From: an uncultured Bacteroidales bacterium
GTDB taxonomy: Bacteria; Bacteroidota; Bacteroidia; Bacteroidales; FEN-979
Direction of reading: 5' to 3'
DNA: 64,000 nt
Assembly: GCA_903945175.1 (NCBI GenBank)
Contig: CAJAUM010000100.1
Location: 6,709 to 70,708 of the forward strand
Shown in pieces: positions 1 through 10,520 of this stretch; within the stretch, counting starts at the first letter, position 1, and each line of letters begins with the position of its first letter. A program made the position numbers and the translations under genes. The notes below the pieces were generated by a model. It was not told the DNA's origin, ran no database searches, and saw only the letters and a list, made by a program, of their open reading frames with translations.

Positions 1-2268
1 GCCACGGAGGGGCCGGTTATGGTGATTGCCGGCGCGGGATCGGGCAAGACCAGGGCACTCACCTACCGGGTAGCCTACCTTGTTGAAAAAGGGATAGACC
101 CGTTTCATATCCTGGCCCTGACCTTCACCAACAAGGCCGCCCGGGAGATGAAAGAACGCATTATCCATCTGGTTGGCCCGGATGCCCGGAATGTGTGGAT
201 GGGTACGTTTCACTCGGTTTTTGCGAGGGTATTGCGCATTGAGGGGCACCTGCTTGGCTATCCGTCCAACTATACGATTTATGATACGGATGATACCAAG
301 CGGGTCATCAAAAACCTGATCAAGGAAAACAACCTTGACGACAAGGTATATCAGCCCGGATATGTCCTTCACCGGATATCCTCAGCAAAAACGAGCCTGC
401 TTTCAGCGCAGGATTACAATGACAGTGCGGAGTTAAAAGAATATGATGTTTCGGCGGGGAAACCGCAGACAGGGTTGTTGTATACACAGTACCAGGGCCG
501 GCTCCGGCGCGCTTCAGCCATGGATTTTGACGACCTGCTGTTCAACATGAATGTGCTCCTGCGCGATTTCCCGGATGTGTTGTACAAGTACCAGCAGAAG
601 TTCCAGTACATTCTGGTGGATGAATACCAGGATACCAATTATGCACAATACCTCATCATTAAAAAACTGGCCGCCAACAACGAAAATATCTGCGTGGTTG
701 GGGATGATGCACAGAGCATTTATGCCTTCAGGGGCGCCAACATCCAGAATATCCTGAATTTCAAAAGTGATTATCCCGACCATAAGGTCTTCAAACTGGA
801 ACAGAACTATCGTTCTACCAAGACAATAGTCAACGCAGCTAACAAGATTATTGAGCACAACAAAAACCAGATTTTCAAGGAGGTGTGGACCGAAAACGAA
901 GAGGGATCGCGCATTCAGCTGATCAAAGCCTCCACCGACAATGAAGAGGCAAACCTGGTGGCTCAGTCAATATTTGGGAACAAGATGAACCACCAGCTGC
1001 AAAATGCGGCCTTTGCCATTCTTTACAGGACCAATGCCCAATCGCGCGCCCATGAAGAGGCTTTACGAAGGCTTAACATTCCATGCCGGATTTATGGAGG
1101 ATTATCCTTCTATCAGCGCAAGGAAATCAAGGATCTGCTTGCCTATTTTCGCCTTACCATCAACCATCGTGACGAAGATGCATTGCTCAGGGTCATTAAT
1201 TTTCCTGCCCGCGGCATTGGGAAGACGACCCTTGAAAAGCTGATCGTCACCGCGGATGAACATAAAAAAAGCATCTTTGAACTCATTGAAAATCCTGCCG
1301 CACATAACTTAAGGTTACCTGAAGCAACTTCACAGAAAGTTTACGGATTCGTAACCATGATAAAAAGTTTCGGTGCATTGCTTCATTCAAAAAATGCCTA
1401 TGAACTGGCAAAGCATGTGGCAGGCTCTTCGGGGTTAATGAAAGAGTTGTATGATGACAAAACCCCCGAAGGCGTGAGTCGCTTTGAAAACCTCGAAGAG
1501 TTGCTCAACGCCATCAAGGAATTTTCGGAATCACCCCGTACCAACATAGAAACCGGCGAAATCGAACCCAACGTAGTTCGCACACTGGATGAATTCATGC
1601 AGGATGTTGCGCTGATCACGGATGCAGACAAGGGAAATCCCGATGATGTGGACCGTGTGACCCTGATGACGGTGCATTCGGCCAAAGGGCTTGAATTTCC
1701 TTATGTATATGTAGTAGGAATGGAAGAGAACCTTTTTCCATCCATTCAATCTCTGAACTCAAGAAGTGACCTGGAGGAGGAACGCCGCCTTTTTTATGTG
1801 GCCGTCACACGCGCAGAGCAGAAACTCACCATTTCATTTGCCGAAAACCGCTATAAATGGGGAACACCCACCATGTGCGAACCGAGTCGTTTCATCAGTG
1901 AAATCCCGGAAGCATTGATTGATTTCCCGAGGAAGAACACACCCGTAAAAACCAGTTTCTCCGGAACCGCGAATTGGTCGGCAAACCTGGCGGGAGTAAG
2001 CCTTCCCCCCAAAAAAACAACCCTGTCAAAGAACTTCCAGAAAGTCACACACCCTGTCACCCCTCCCACTGATTGCAATCCTGAAGGTGCACCTTCTGAA
2101 GTGGAAGATATCCACACAGGAATGGAGGTGATCCATGAACGTTTCGGGAAAGGGAAGGTCGTGAACCTCGAAGGGGTAGGGCCAAATAAAAAAGCAACTG
2201 TATTCTTTCCTCAAATAGGTCAGAAACAATTGCTTTTAAGATTTGCCAAGCTTCGGATTGTCAATTGA
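1..2268 (+). CDS. ATP-dependent DNA helicase, UvrD/PcrA/Rep (SF1) family; 5' end cut by the window edge
   Basis: The frame is open from nt 1 (ATEGPV precedes the listed Met). Walker A AGAGSGKT, motif II ILVDEYQDTN, QNYRST, TVHSAKGLEFPYVYVVG and the C-terminal HERFGKGKVV tail form the classic UvrD/PcrA signature set. Confidence 0.93.
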   Translation, partial: ATEGPVMVIAGAGSGKTRALTYRVAYLVEKGIDPFHILALTFTNKAAREMKERIIHLVGPDARNVWMGTFHSVFARVLRIEGHLLGYPSNYTIYDTDDTKRVIKNLIKENNLDDKVYQPGYVLHRISSAKTSLLSAQDYNDSAELKEYDVSAGKPQTGLLYTQYQGRLRRASAMDFDDLLFNMNVLLRDFPDVLYKYQQKFQYILVDEYQDTNYAQYLIIKKLAANNENICVVGDDAQSIYAFRGANIQNILNFKSDYPDHKVFKLEQNYRSTKTIVNAANKIIEHNKNQIFKEVWTENEEGSRIQLIKASTDNEEANLVAQSIFGNKMNHQLQNAAFAILYRTNAQSRAHEEALRRLNIPCRIYGGLSFYQRKEIKDLLAYFRLTINHRDEDALLRVINFPARGIGKTTLEKLIVTADEHKKSIFELIENPAAHNLRLPEATSQKVYGFVTMIKSFGALLHSKNAYELAKHVAGSSGLMKELYDDKTPEGVSRFENLEELLNAIKEFSESPRTNIETGEIEPNVVRTLDEFMQDVALITDADKGNPDDVDRVTLMTVHSAKGLEFPYVYVVGMEENLFPSIQSLNSRSDLEEERRLFYVAVTRAEQKLTISFAENRYKWGTPTMCEPSRFISEIPEALIDFPRKNTPVKTSFSGTANWSANLAGVSLPPKKTTLSKNFQKVTHPVTPPTDCNPEGAPSEVEDIHTGMEVIHERFGKGKVVNLEGVGPNKKATVFFPQIGQKQLLLRFAKLRIVN

Positions 2269-3177
2269 TTACTTCAGCTCCACGTCACTCGTAAGTACCC
2301 CCGTCAGTTTGTTTTGTTTATCATACAGCGGGATCGAATAGGTTACCATGACTACACCGCCTCCCCCGTCATCGTAATAGGGATTGCTCCAGCAAGATTT
2401 TTTCTGATCCACCGGAACGGCATACCATTCTGATACGGTATAATCATAGGTTTCCGGGAGGTCAACCTGTTTAAAATCAGATCCATACCTGTAAATATAG
2501 GGGGCGGCCCCACGCATTTGACCATTGGCTTCCGACGGAACAAATGCCAGTGTGGAACCATAGACCAACGGATTTTCTTTAAGAAATTTTGTAAGGAGCG
2601 GAGGCATATCCGCCGGCTTTAACGCTTTGCCCCTGAGCTCCTTGGCAAAGTCCTCCAGGGCATACTCAACGGTAGCCCGTTTGCAGGCATCAGGCAGGTT
2701 CATCCATGATTCATGGTAATGTATCACCTTCCATCCGGAGGGCTCCCGCTGCCATAGCCAGGTTTCGACAAGGTACATTTCGTTGACCTCCTCCTCCTTT
2801 GAGATCAATTTGCATTTAATGACTCCGATCCAGGCTGCAGCATCCTTTGAAAAGACCAACGTCCTGGAGGAAAGCCTTTCCATTTGCTGACTCTTGATTT
2901 TGCTGTATTGATTTCGGAACACGGAGGTGATCTCCCGTGCTGAATAGGCCATTCCTCCGGCCATAAAAACGGCTGAACTGTCATCGCTCAGCCACTGAAA
3001 GGTCGAATCAACGCTGGCCTTCTCGGCTGAACGCGTTACCTGGTGCATCAGCTGGTTAATGGTGTCGGCAACAGCCAGCTTTTGCTGCTCACCAAACTCC
3101 CTGCTGTTGCAGCTTGTCAGTATAGCTGCGCCAAACAGGATGATCAGCGCACCACCAAAAATATTCTTTTTCATCAT
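2269..3177 (-). CDS. Lipoprotein of unknown function: NTF2/SnoaL-like N-terminal half plus Cache-like C-terminal half
   Basis: 302-aa ORF with a signal peptide and lipobox (AAILTSC). The C-terminal WYAVPV..CWSNPYYDDGGGGVVMVTYSIPLYD..LTGVLTSDVEL resembles a Cache sensor core. The N-terminal half looks DUF4440/SnoaL-like. Domain calls are by eye only. Confidence 0.7.
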   Translation of the reverse strand: MMKKNIFGGALIILFGAAILTSCNSREFGEQQKLAVADTINQLMHQVTRSAEKASVDSTFQWLSDDSSAVFMAGGMAYSAREITSVFRNQYSKIKSQQMERLSSRTLVFSKDAAAWIGVIKCKLISKEEEVNEMYLVETWLWQREPSGWKVIHYHESWMNLPDACKRATVEYALEDFAKELRGKALKPADMPPLLTKFLKENPLVYGSTLAFVPSEANGQMRGAAPYIYRYGSDFKQVDLPETYDYTVSEWYAVPVDQKKSCWSNPYYDDGGGGVVMVTYSIPLYDKQNKLTGVLTSDVELK

Positions 3178-3261
3178 GATGATTTTAAATTAACAAGCCA
3201 CTTTGACTGATAAAATTAATAAAAATACCAATCCAACCCCAATACTTCTTTCAATTCATTG

Positions 3262-3269
3262 TATCTTTG
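3262..3269 (+). promoter_or_regulatory. Candidate Bacteroidota -7 promoter box (TAnnTTTG)
   Basis: TATCTTTG, 26 nt upstream of the ATG at 3295. Confidence 0.45.
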
Positions 3270-3294
3270 CAAAAAATTATACGTGAACGAACAA

Positions 3295-3960
3295 ATGGAG
3301 TACAACACCACCCGCGAGATGATGTTGATACCGGAGTATGGCCGGAATGTACAACATATGATACAGTATATCTGTACGATTGAAGACCGTGAAAAGAGGT
3401 CCACGGCTGCTAAATTTATTGTGAGTGTTATGGCGCAGCTGAACCCGGCCGTGAAAGAATCGGGCGACTTCAAGCACAAACTTTGGGATCACATGTTCAT
3501 CATTTCTGATTTCAAGCTGGATGTGGATGGACCCTACCCACCGCCTCCCCCGCTTTCGCTCAGCACAAAACCGGAACATCTGTCTTACCATGACAAGGAG
3601 ATTGAATTCAAGCATTATGGCAAAAACATTGCGCTGATGATTGAAAAGGCCACCGAATATGAAGAGGGAGCTGAAAAGGATGCCTTGGTTCATGCGATCG
3701 CGAACCACATGAAAAAATCCTATCTGAACTGGAATCGTGAATCGGTCAACGATGAACTGATTGAAAAGCACCTGAATGTGCTTTCAAAAGATCAGCTCAA
3801 GTTAAACCAGGATTTCAGGTTTGCACATACCAACGATATTCTTGCACAAAACCAGAAACGGAAACCATTCCGCCAGGGGCCGGACAGAAATTTCAATAAG
3901 CAGCAAGCCTTTCCGAAGCCGAATTTCAACAATCAGCGCGGGCGCAACAAACCTCAATGA
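3295..3960 (+). CDS. DUF4290 domain-containing protein
   Basis: MEYNTTREMMLIPEYGRNVQHMIQY.. matches the conserved DUF4290 N-terminus. It lies directly upstream of murA with an ATGA stop/start overlap, the usual Bacteroidota arrangement. The start was moved from the TTG at 3259 to the ATG at 3295, downstream of the -7 box. Confidence 0.8.
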   Translation: MEYNTTREMMLIPEYGRNVQHMIQYICTIEDREKRSTAAKFIVSVMAQLNPAVKESGDFKHKLWDHMFIISDFKLDVDGPYPPPPPLSLSTKPEHLSYHDKEIEFKHYGKNIALMIEKATEYEEGAEKDALVHAIANHMKKSYLNWNRESVNDELIEKHLNVLSKDQLKLNQDFRFAHTNDILAQNQKRKPFRQGPDRNFNKQQAFPKPNFNNQRGRNKPQ

Positions 3961-5267
3961 GTTCCTTTGAGATCATCGGAGGCAACAAGCTACATGGGGA
4001 AATCACTCCTCAGGGTGCCAAAAATGAAGCACTTCAAGTCATATGTGCGTGTCTGCTTACACCGGAGAAGGTCACCCTACACAACGTTCCCGATATACGC
4101 GATGTAAATAAACTCATCGAGTTGTTACAAGCCATAGGCGTTGGCGTTGAAAAAACAGCTAAATCTTCCTTTACCTTCGAGGCCCGGGAGATCAATTTCG
4201 AATATCTTCTGACCAAAGAATTCCGCGACAAGGTCGCCAGCCTCCGTGGATCCATCATGATCCTGGGGCCCATGCTTGCCCGGTTCGGGAAGGGATTTGT
4301 TTATATCCCCGGTGGCGATAAGATAGGACGCCGCAGACTGGATACCCATTTTCTCGGGCTTCAAAAACTCGGCGCCGATTTTGAATACAAACAGGATGAG
4401 CAGCTTTTCAGCGTGGTCGCTCCTGAACTCAAAGGAGCCTACATGCTGCTCGACGAAGCCTCTGTTACGGGCACTGCGAATATCCTTATGGCTGCGGTAA
4501 TGGCCAAAGGGACCACCACGATTTTCAATGCAGCGTGTGAGCCCTATCTTTCACAGCTTTGCTCGATGCTGGTTTCGATGGGTGCGCACATACAAGGGAT
4601 CGGATCAAACCTGCTCACTATCAACGGCGTGGAAAAACTTCACGGATGCGCGCATACCTTGTTGTCGGACATGATTGAAGTTGGAAGCTTTATTGGGCTT
4701 GCAGCCATGACCGGATCGGAGATCACCATTAAAAATGTCAACTATCATCAGCTTGGACTGATCCCTGAAGTGTTTAAGCGGATGGGCATTAAAATTGAAA
4801 GGCGAAACGATGACATTTATATTCCGGCGCAGGAGCATTACGAGGTAGAAACCTTCATGGACGGTTCCATCATGACCGTTGCGGATGCACCATGGCCGGG
4901 CTTTACACCCGATCTGATCAGCATCGTCCTCGTCATTGCCACCCAGGCGAAAGGGAGTGTGCTCATCCATCAGAAAATGTTTGAAAGCAGACTATTTTTT
5001 GTAGATAAACTCATCGACATGGGGGCCAAGATCATACTTTGTGACCCTCACAGGGCGACAGTGATCGGACTCGACCACCAGTATCCGCTGAGGGGTATCC
5101 GCATGTCATCACCTGATATACGCGCTGGCGTTGCCCTGCTCATCTCGGCGCTGTCAGCTGAAGGTAAAAGCATTATCGACAACATCGAGCAGATTGACCG
5201 CGGTTATCAGGAGATAGATATCCGGCTGCAAAAACTGGGTGCATCCATTCACCGGATATCCGGCTGA
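3957..5267 (+). CDS. murA: UDP-N-acetylglucosamine 1-carboxyvinyltransferase
   Basis: 436 aa. Shows GAKNEAL, the LARFGKG..PGGDKIGRRRLD active-site loop and full-length EPSP/MurA-fold similarity. Confidence 0.93.
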   Translation: MSSFEIIGGNKLHGEITPQGAKNEALQVICACLLTPEKVTLHNVPDIRDVNKLIELLQAIGVGVEKTAKSSFTFEAREINFEYLLTKEFRDKVASLRGSIMILGPMLARFGKGFVYIPGGDKIGRRRLDTHFLGLQKLGADFEYKQDEQLFSVVAPELKGAYMLLDEASVTGTANILMAAVMAKGTTTIFNAACEPYLSQLCSMLVSMGAHIQGIGSNLLTINGVEKLHGCAHTLLSDMIEVGSFIGLAAMTGSEITIKNVNYHQLGLIPEVFKRMGIKIERRNDDIYIPAQEHYEVETFMDGSIMTVADAPWPGFTPDLISIVLVIATQAKGSVLIHQKMFESRLFFVDKLIDMGAKIILCDPHRATVIGLDHQYPLRGIRMSSPDIRAGVALLISALSAEGKSIIDNIEQIDRGYQEIDIRLQKLGASIHRISG

Positions 5268-5341
5268 CAAATTGTCGTACAAAATCAACTGGCAGGTTTT
5301 TTGATAACATAAACCCGAATAAATTTCGAATTGGATTTTTT

Positions 5342-5935
5342 ATGATTGGAAAAAGAAAAAAAGAGGAGCAAAAGACGATGGACGATCTTGATTTAGAAGC
5401 CATTGCTCACGAGAATGCCGCAGATCAGCCTGATCAGGAAAACGGACAGTCCAAATCGAACAAAGATATTCATGCTGAAGCAGCCAAAGCCCAAGAGGTG
5501 AATGATCAGGTTTCAGAACTGAATGATAAATACCTCAGGTTATATTCTGAGTTCGACAACTACCGTAAACGTACGCTGAAGGAAAAGATTGATCTCAATA
5601 AATATGCTTCGGCAGACATCATTACCAAACTTTTACCTGTTCTGGATGATTTTGAACGGGCCATCAGGGCCTTTGATGAAACCTCGAATGCAGGCCAGTC
5701 TCTGAAGGAGGGCGTCGTGCTCATCTTTAACAAATTCCTCTCCATTCTCAATCAGCAGGGTCTTGAACAGATGCGTACAGCAGGAGAGAAGTTTGATACC
5801 GATTTCCACGAGGCCATCACCAACATACCGGCGGCGACTCCGGCTCAAAAGGGAAAGATTGTTGATGAGGTTGAAAAGGGTTACATGCTGAACGGCAAGG
5901 TGATCAGGTATGCAAAAGTAGTGGTAGGAAGTTAA
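5342..5935 (+). CDS. grpE: Nucleotide exchange factor GrpE
   Basis: 197 aa. Contains YLRLYSEFDNYRKRTLKE, LPVLDDFERA and the C-terminal GYMLNGKVIRYAKVVV. It sits upstream of dnaJ. Confidence 0.92.
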   Translation: MIGKRKKEEQKTMDDLDLEAIAHENAADQPDQENGQSKSNKDIHAEAAKAQEVNDQVSELNDKYLRLYSEFDNYRKRTLKEKIDLNKYASADIITKLLPVLDDFERAIRAFDETSNAGQSLKEGVVLIFNKFLSILNQQGLEQMRTAGEKFDTDFHEAITNIPAATPAQKGKIVDEVEKGYMLNGKVIRYAKVVVGS

Positions 5936-5944
5936 AGCTAATTT

Positions 5945-7117
5945 ATGTCAAAAAGAGATTTCTACGAAATCCTGGAGGTACAAAAAGATGCATCGCCTGA
6001 GGAGTTAAAAAAAGCCTACCGTAAACAGGCTATAAAATTCCATCCGGACAAAAACCCGGGGAATAAAGAGTCTGAAGAAAAATTCAAGGAGGCTGCCGAG
6101 GCCTATGAGGTACTCAGCGATCAGAATAAGCGGCAGCGATATGACCAGTATGGCCATGCCGGCCTGGGCAACGGCGGGGGTTACTCCGGATTTGGCGGCG
6201 GTGGCATGAGCATGGAGGATATTTTCAGCCACTTTGGTGATATTTTCGGTGGCGGTGGTGGTGGCGGTGATCCGTTCAGTTCATTTTTTGGAGGAGGAGG
6301 ACGCCGGGGAAAGTCAGTCAATCGCGGTTCCAACCTTCGGGTCAAGGTAAAACTGACGCTGGAAGAGATTGCCAGCGGCGTTGAGAAGAAAATCAAGGTA
6401 AACAAATATATCTCCTGTGATACATGCAAGGGTTCCGGTGCAAAGGGCGGAAGCTCCTTTTCCACCTGCTCAACATGCCGGGGTTCAGGACATGTATCGC
6501 GCGTTACCTCCACCTTCCTGGGCCAGATGCAGACGACCGCCACCTGCCCTAACTGTGGAGGAGAGGGAAAGATTATCACCGACAAATGCACGGATTGTGC
6601 CGGAAATGGCGTTATTAAAGGAGAAGAGGTTATCACCATGCGGATTCCTTCGGGGGTGTCGGAAGGGATGCAGCTTTCGATGGGTGGAAAAGGCAATGCG
6701 GCTGCCCGCGGAGGCGTGGCCGGAGACCTTCTCATCCAGATTGAGGAGATCAGGCATGAATTATTCGAGCGCGATGGGAATAACCTGATGTATGAACATT
6801 TCATCTCATTTTCAGAAGCAGTTTTGGGGAGCAGTGCAGAAATTCCCACCATCGAGGGAAAGGTGAAGATCAAGATTGAACCTGGAACACAAAGCGGCAA
6901 GGTGTTGCGTTTGCGTGGAAAAGGATTGACCAGTATCAATGGATATGAAGGAAAGGGCGACCTTATGATCAGCATCATCATCTGGACCCCAAAATCAGTT
7001 TCGAAAGAGGAAAAGTCCATGCTGGAAAAGCTTGGGAAATCTGAAAATTTCAGGCCGGCACCTGGAATGCATGATAAAACTATTTTCTCCAGAATGAAGG
7101 ATTTATTTGAACAATAA
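5945..7117 (+). CDS. dnaJ: Molecular chaperone DnaJ
   Basis: J-domain with HPD (KFHPDKN), a Gly/Phe-rich linker and four CxxCxGxG zinc-finger motifs ([32 protein letters not shown]). Confidence 0.96.
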   Translation: MSKRDFYEILEVQKDASPEELKKAYRKQAIKFHPDKNPGNKESEEKFKEAAEAYEVLSDQNKRQRYDQYGHAGLGNGGGYSGFGGGGMSMEDIFSHFGDIFGGGGGGGDPFSSFFGGGGRRGKSVNRGSNLRVKVKLTLEEIASGVEKKIKVNKYISCDTCKGSGAKGGSSFSTCSTCRGSGHVSRVTSTFLGQMQTTATCPNCGGEGKIITDKCTDCAGNGVIKGEEVITMRIPSGVSEGMQLSMGGKGNAAARGGVAGDLLIQIEEIRHELFERDGNNLMYEHFISFSEAVLGSSAEIPTIEGKVKIKIEPGTQSGKVLRLRGKGLTSINGYEGKGDLMISIIIWTPKSVSKEEKSMLEKLGKSENFRPAPGMHDKTIFSRMKDLFEQ

Positions 7118-7128
7118 CCACCTGTTTC

Positions 7129-8067
7129 ATGGATCTTTTTTCAGCACAGCTTATTTCCAAGCAATATGCGAACCACAAAGCCCTGGACAAGGTAAGCATC
7201 AATGTTCCGGAAGCCAGTATTTTCGGGCTATTGGGCCCAAACGGCGCCGGTAAAACTACCCTGATCAGGATTATCAACCAGATCATCGCCCCGGACGAGG
7301 GTGAAATGATATTCATGGGGCGCAAGCTGGAACCAAACGATATCGCTTTTATTGGTTATTTGCCCGAGGAACGCGGATTATATAAGAAAATGACCGTCGG
7401 GGAACAAGCCATGTACCTGGCTCAGCTTAAAGGGCTAAGCCGCCATGAGGCGCATAAAAGGCTCAAATTCTGGTTTGATAAATTCGAGATCAATGGCTGG
7501 TGGAACCGCAAAGTGGAAGAACTCTCCAAAGGGATGCAGCAGAAGGTGCAGTTTCTGGTAACCATCATCCATGACCCGAAACTACTGATTTTCGATGAGC
7601 CCTTCAGCGGGTTTGACCCCATCAATGCCAACCTCCTCAAGGAGGAGATCCTGGCCCAGAAAGACAAAGGCGCCACCATCATCTTTTCCACACACAACAT
7701 GGCTTCTGTTGAAGAGCTATGCGATGATATTGCGCTCATTGACCGTTCGAAGGTGATTTTAGACGGAGCGATGCGCAAGATTAAAAAAACGTACAAAACG
7801 AATACATTCGAAATAAGTTTTGACTCCTGGGAGGGTCCGCTTCAGGGTATCCTGCCGGAGACGTTCCAGATTCTTGATGAAAAACGTGATGCTGATCTTC
7901 GCCATGCCCAAATCAGGCTCCCGGCCGGGGCAACCCCCAACGACCTCATTCGTTCCCTGCTGACTTCCGTCACGATTCATGCCATCAACGAGCTGATTCC
8001 AAACATGAATGATATCTTTATCCAGGCTGTTACGCAGCAAACCATCCAACCTGTAATGCAAATCTGA
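7129..8067 (+). CDS. ABC transporter ATP-binding protein (ABC-2/NatA-like)
   Basis: Walker A GPNGAGKTT, signature LSKGMQQKV, Walker B LLIFDEPFSGFD and an H-loop STHNM. Confidence 0.9.
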   Translation: MDLFSAQLISKQYANHKALDKVSINVPEASIFGLLGPNGAGKTTLIRIINQIIAPDEGEMIFMGRKLEPNDIAFIGYLPEERGLYKKMTVGEQAMYLAQLKGLSRHEAHKRLKFWFDKFEINGWWNRKVEELSKGMQQKVQFLVTIIHDPKLLIFDEPFSGFDPINANLLKEEILAQKDKGATIIFSTHNMASVEELCDDIALIDRSKVILDGAMRKIKKTYKTNTFEISFDSWEGPLQGILPETFQILDEKRDADLRHAQIRLPAGATPNDLIRSLLTSVTIHAINELIPNMNDIFIQAVTQQTIQPVMQI

Positions 8068-8068
8068 C

Positions 8069-9439
8069 ATGCGAAAGATCTTCCTCATCATCCAGCGGGA
8101 ATACCTCACCAGGGTCAGAAAACGCTCCTTCATCGTCATGACCATCCTCGGCCCCTTGCTCATGGCCGCTACCATCATCGTACCCATTTACCTGGCCACG
8201 AGCTCCAACGAAACCAAGAAAGTGGCCGTGCTTGATGAGACTGGAATCTTCGTTGAAAAGTTCAAGGATTCCGATGAAATCAAGTTCCATGGTATTACAT
8301 CCGATATAAGGAGCGCCAAATCCGGTTTTTCGAAAAGCGGGGATCATGCGTTGCTGTATATACCGAAAACTGAGGTCTCCCTTCCTGTCAATGCGATTAT
8401 TTATTCCGAAAAGAGCGTAAGTATCAATGTCACATCCTACATCAGGAATGTGATGAGCAAGCAAATTGAAGAGCTTAAGCTTGGAGCCAGGCTTCGTGAA
8501 TTGCAGACAGACAACAAAACACCTGTTTCCGTTGATGACCTGATGCGTTCGATAAAAACATCGGTGGATATCAATACGTTGAAAATAGAGGAAGATGGCA
8601 CAGAATCAAAAAGTTACACGGAGATCAACATGGTGCTGGGCATGTTTGCCGGCATCCTCATCTATTTCTTTATTTTCATGTTCGGCTCGCAGGTCATGCG
8701 CGGGGTGATTGAAGAAAAAACCAGCAGGATTGTTGAGGTGATCATCTCTTCGGTCAGACCATTTCAACTGATGATGGGAAAAATCATCGGTGTCGGACTT
8801 GTTGGCCTGACCCAGTTTCTACTTTGGGTGGTGCTTACCTTTGCCATCGTTACGGCAGTTACCGCGACCATGACCTCCGGGGATATTAAAAAATCGGCTG
8901 CTGAACAGATGATGATTCAGAAACATGGCATGACCCCCGATATCTCGCAGGCTGCCCCTGCTGCAAATGAATCTGCCAACCCCATGGGCGGCATAATGGA
9001 GGCCATCGGCTCTGTTAATTTCCCGGTCATGATCGGGGCATTCCTTTTTTTCTTCGTAGTGGGATACCTGATGTATGCAGCGCTTTTCGCCGCCATAGGT
9101 GGAGCTGTTGACAGTGAAGCTGATACCCAGCAATTCATGCTGCCCATTACCCTCCCTCTTATCCTTTCCATCGTCATGGCCCAGTATATCATCAGGGATC
9201 CCGACGGACCAGTCTCCTTCTGGTTTTCCATCTTCCCGCTTACCTCACCCGTAGTCATGATGATCCGTATTCCGTTCGGCGTTCCTTATTTGGAGGTTAT
9301 TCTATCCATGGTCCTTCTTCTCCTGGGTTTTCTGGGCACCACCTGGCTGGCTGGAAAAATATATCGTACCGGCATTTTAATGTACGGCAAGAAGGTAAGT
9401 TATAAGGAACTCTGGAAATGGATCAGGTATAAGAACTGA
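8069..9439 (+). CDS. ABC-2 family transporter permease (NatB-like)
   Basis: 456 aa. One N-terminal TM, a large extracytoplasmic loop and then about 5 C-terminal TM helices. Its start lies 1 nt after the ATPase stop. Confidence 0.8.
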   Translation: MRKIFLIIQREYLTRVRKRSFIVMTILGPLLMAATIIVPIYLATSSNETKKVAVLDETGIFVEKFKDSDEIKFHGITSDIRSAKSGFSKSGDHALLYIPKTEVSLPVNAIIYSEKSVSINVTSYIRNVMSKQIEELKLGARLRELQTDNKTPVSVDDLMRSIKTSVDINTLKIEEDGTESKSYTEINMVLGMFAGILIYFFIFMFGSQVMRGVIEEKTSRIVEVIISSVRPFQLMMGKIIGVGLVGLTQFLLWVVLTFAIVTAVTATMTSGDIKKSAAEQMMIQKHGMTPDISQAAPAANESANPMGGIMEAIGSVNFPVMIGAFLFFFVVGYLMYAALFAAIGGAVDSEADTQQFMLPITLPLILSIVMAQYIIRDPDGPVSFWFSIFPLTSPVVMMIRIPFGVPYLEVILSMVLLLLGFLGTTWLAGKIYRTGILMYGKKVSYKELWKWIRYKN

Positions 9440-9440
9440 T

Positions 9441-10466
9441 CTATTTATCAAGCATCTTTGTCCACTCGTACTTTTTACGCTTTTTCCATGCGTTTTGATG
9501 GTAAACATAACTGACGATGAGCGGCAGAACGCTGGTTGCCTCGGCATAGACCATCTTTTCATATACGGTATCGACTTTGCCCCAGCTTGCAGCCTCTTTG
9601 AGGGTTGAACTTGAACAGGCGCCGTCGCGTGAATCGGCCACCGTAATCTGAATGGCATATTTGTGCATGGGAACTTCCTTTCCGAGAACTTCGGCACAAA
9701 TCACCGTATCCTGGACGAAATTTTTCGGCACCCCTCCCCCAATCATAAACAATCCGGACGTTTTGGCTGCCATCTTGATTTTTGTAAGCTCAAGGAAATC
9801 CTTCACAGAATCAATGGAAACATGCTTTTTGGGATTATCCCACTGGTGCTTCACAAGCCCGAATCCTGCGCTGCTGTCGCTGAATGCAGGACAAAAGATA
9901 GGGACATTGTGTTCGTAGCATGCCTGCACGAGAGAATCTTTCTTCTTTGAATTATTTACCAGCCATTTTCCCATCTCCCTGATAAATTCCCGTGAAGAAT
10001 ATGGGCGGGGCTCAAGCGAATTGGCAATCTTGTTGATGGTCATATCGCAATTCTGGAGCTCCTGCTCATCGATATAGGTATCATAAATCCGATCGATGTA
10101 ATTGGCCCGGAGTTCTTTATCATCGGCATAGGGCGTTCCTTTGTAATGCTTGAAACCCAATGCCTCAAAAAAGTCCATATCCACAATGGAGGCCCCTGTG
10201 GCAACAATGGCATCAATCATATTGCTTTTAACCATGTCGACATACACCTGCATGCATCCGCCGGCGCTGGTACTGCCTGCAAGCGTGAGGAATATGGTAC
10301 AGCCTTTATCTTTGACCATCATATTCAGGATATCTGCTGCGGATGCAGTATCCCTTGACGTAAAACTCATGTCGCGCATGGCGTCAATGATCTTGGTTGA
10401 ATTGATTGACTTGATGTCAATATGTTTAACCTGTTCTTTCAGGATGGATTTTTTGCTCTTTTTCAT
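9441..10466 (-). CDS. Deoxyhypusine synthase-like (homospermidine-synthase-like) protein
   Basis: GGGVPKNF nucleotide-binding motif and EAASWGKV, the catalytic-Lys region of DHS-family enzymes. The start was set to the ATG at 10466 (MKKSKKS..) rather than the upstream TTG at 10484. Confidence 0.82.
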   Translation of the reverse strand: MKKSKKSILKEQVKHIDIKSINSTKIIDAMRDMSFTSRDTASAADILNMMVKDKGCTIFLTLAGSTSAGGCMQVYVDMVKSNMIDAIVATGASIVDMDFFEALGFKHYKGTPYADDKELRANYIDRIYDTYIDEQELQNCDMTINKIANSLEPRPYSSREFIREMGKWLVNNSKKKDSLVQACYEHNVPIFCPAFSDSSAGFGLVKHQWDNPKKHVSIDSVKDFLELTKIKMAAKTSGLFMIGGGVPKNFVQDTVICAEVLGKEVPMHKYAIQITVADSRDGACSSSTLKEAASWGKVDTVYEKMVYAEATSVLPLIVSYVYHQNAWKKRKKYEWTKMLDK

Positions 10467-10520
10467 TGCTGTTTTTTTTTTCAAAAATAATGATTCATTG
10501 CCGGATACCGAAAAATTAAT

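Noticed and set aside
6181-7020. 279-aa minus-strand ORF, Pro-rich (..PPPPPPPP..).
   Set aside because: It is entirely antisense to dnaJ. Its Pro runs are simply the reverse complement of the Gly-rich (GGN) linker. It has no independent start context or motifs.
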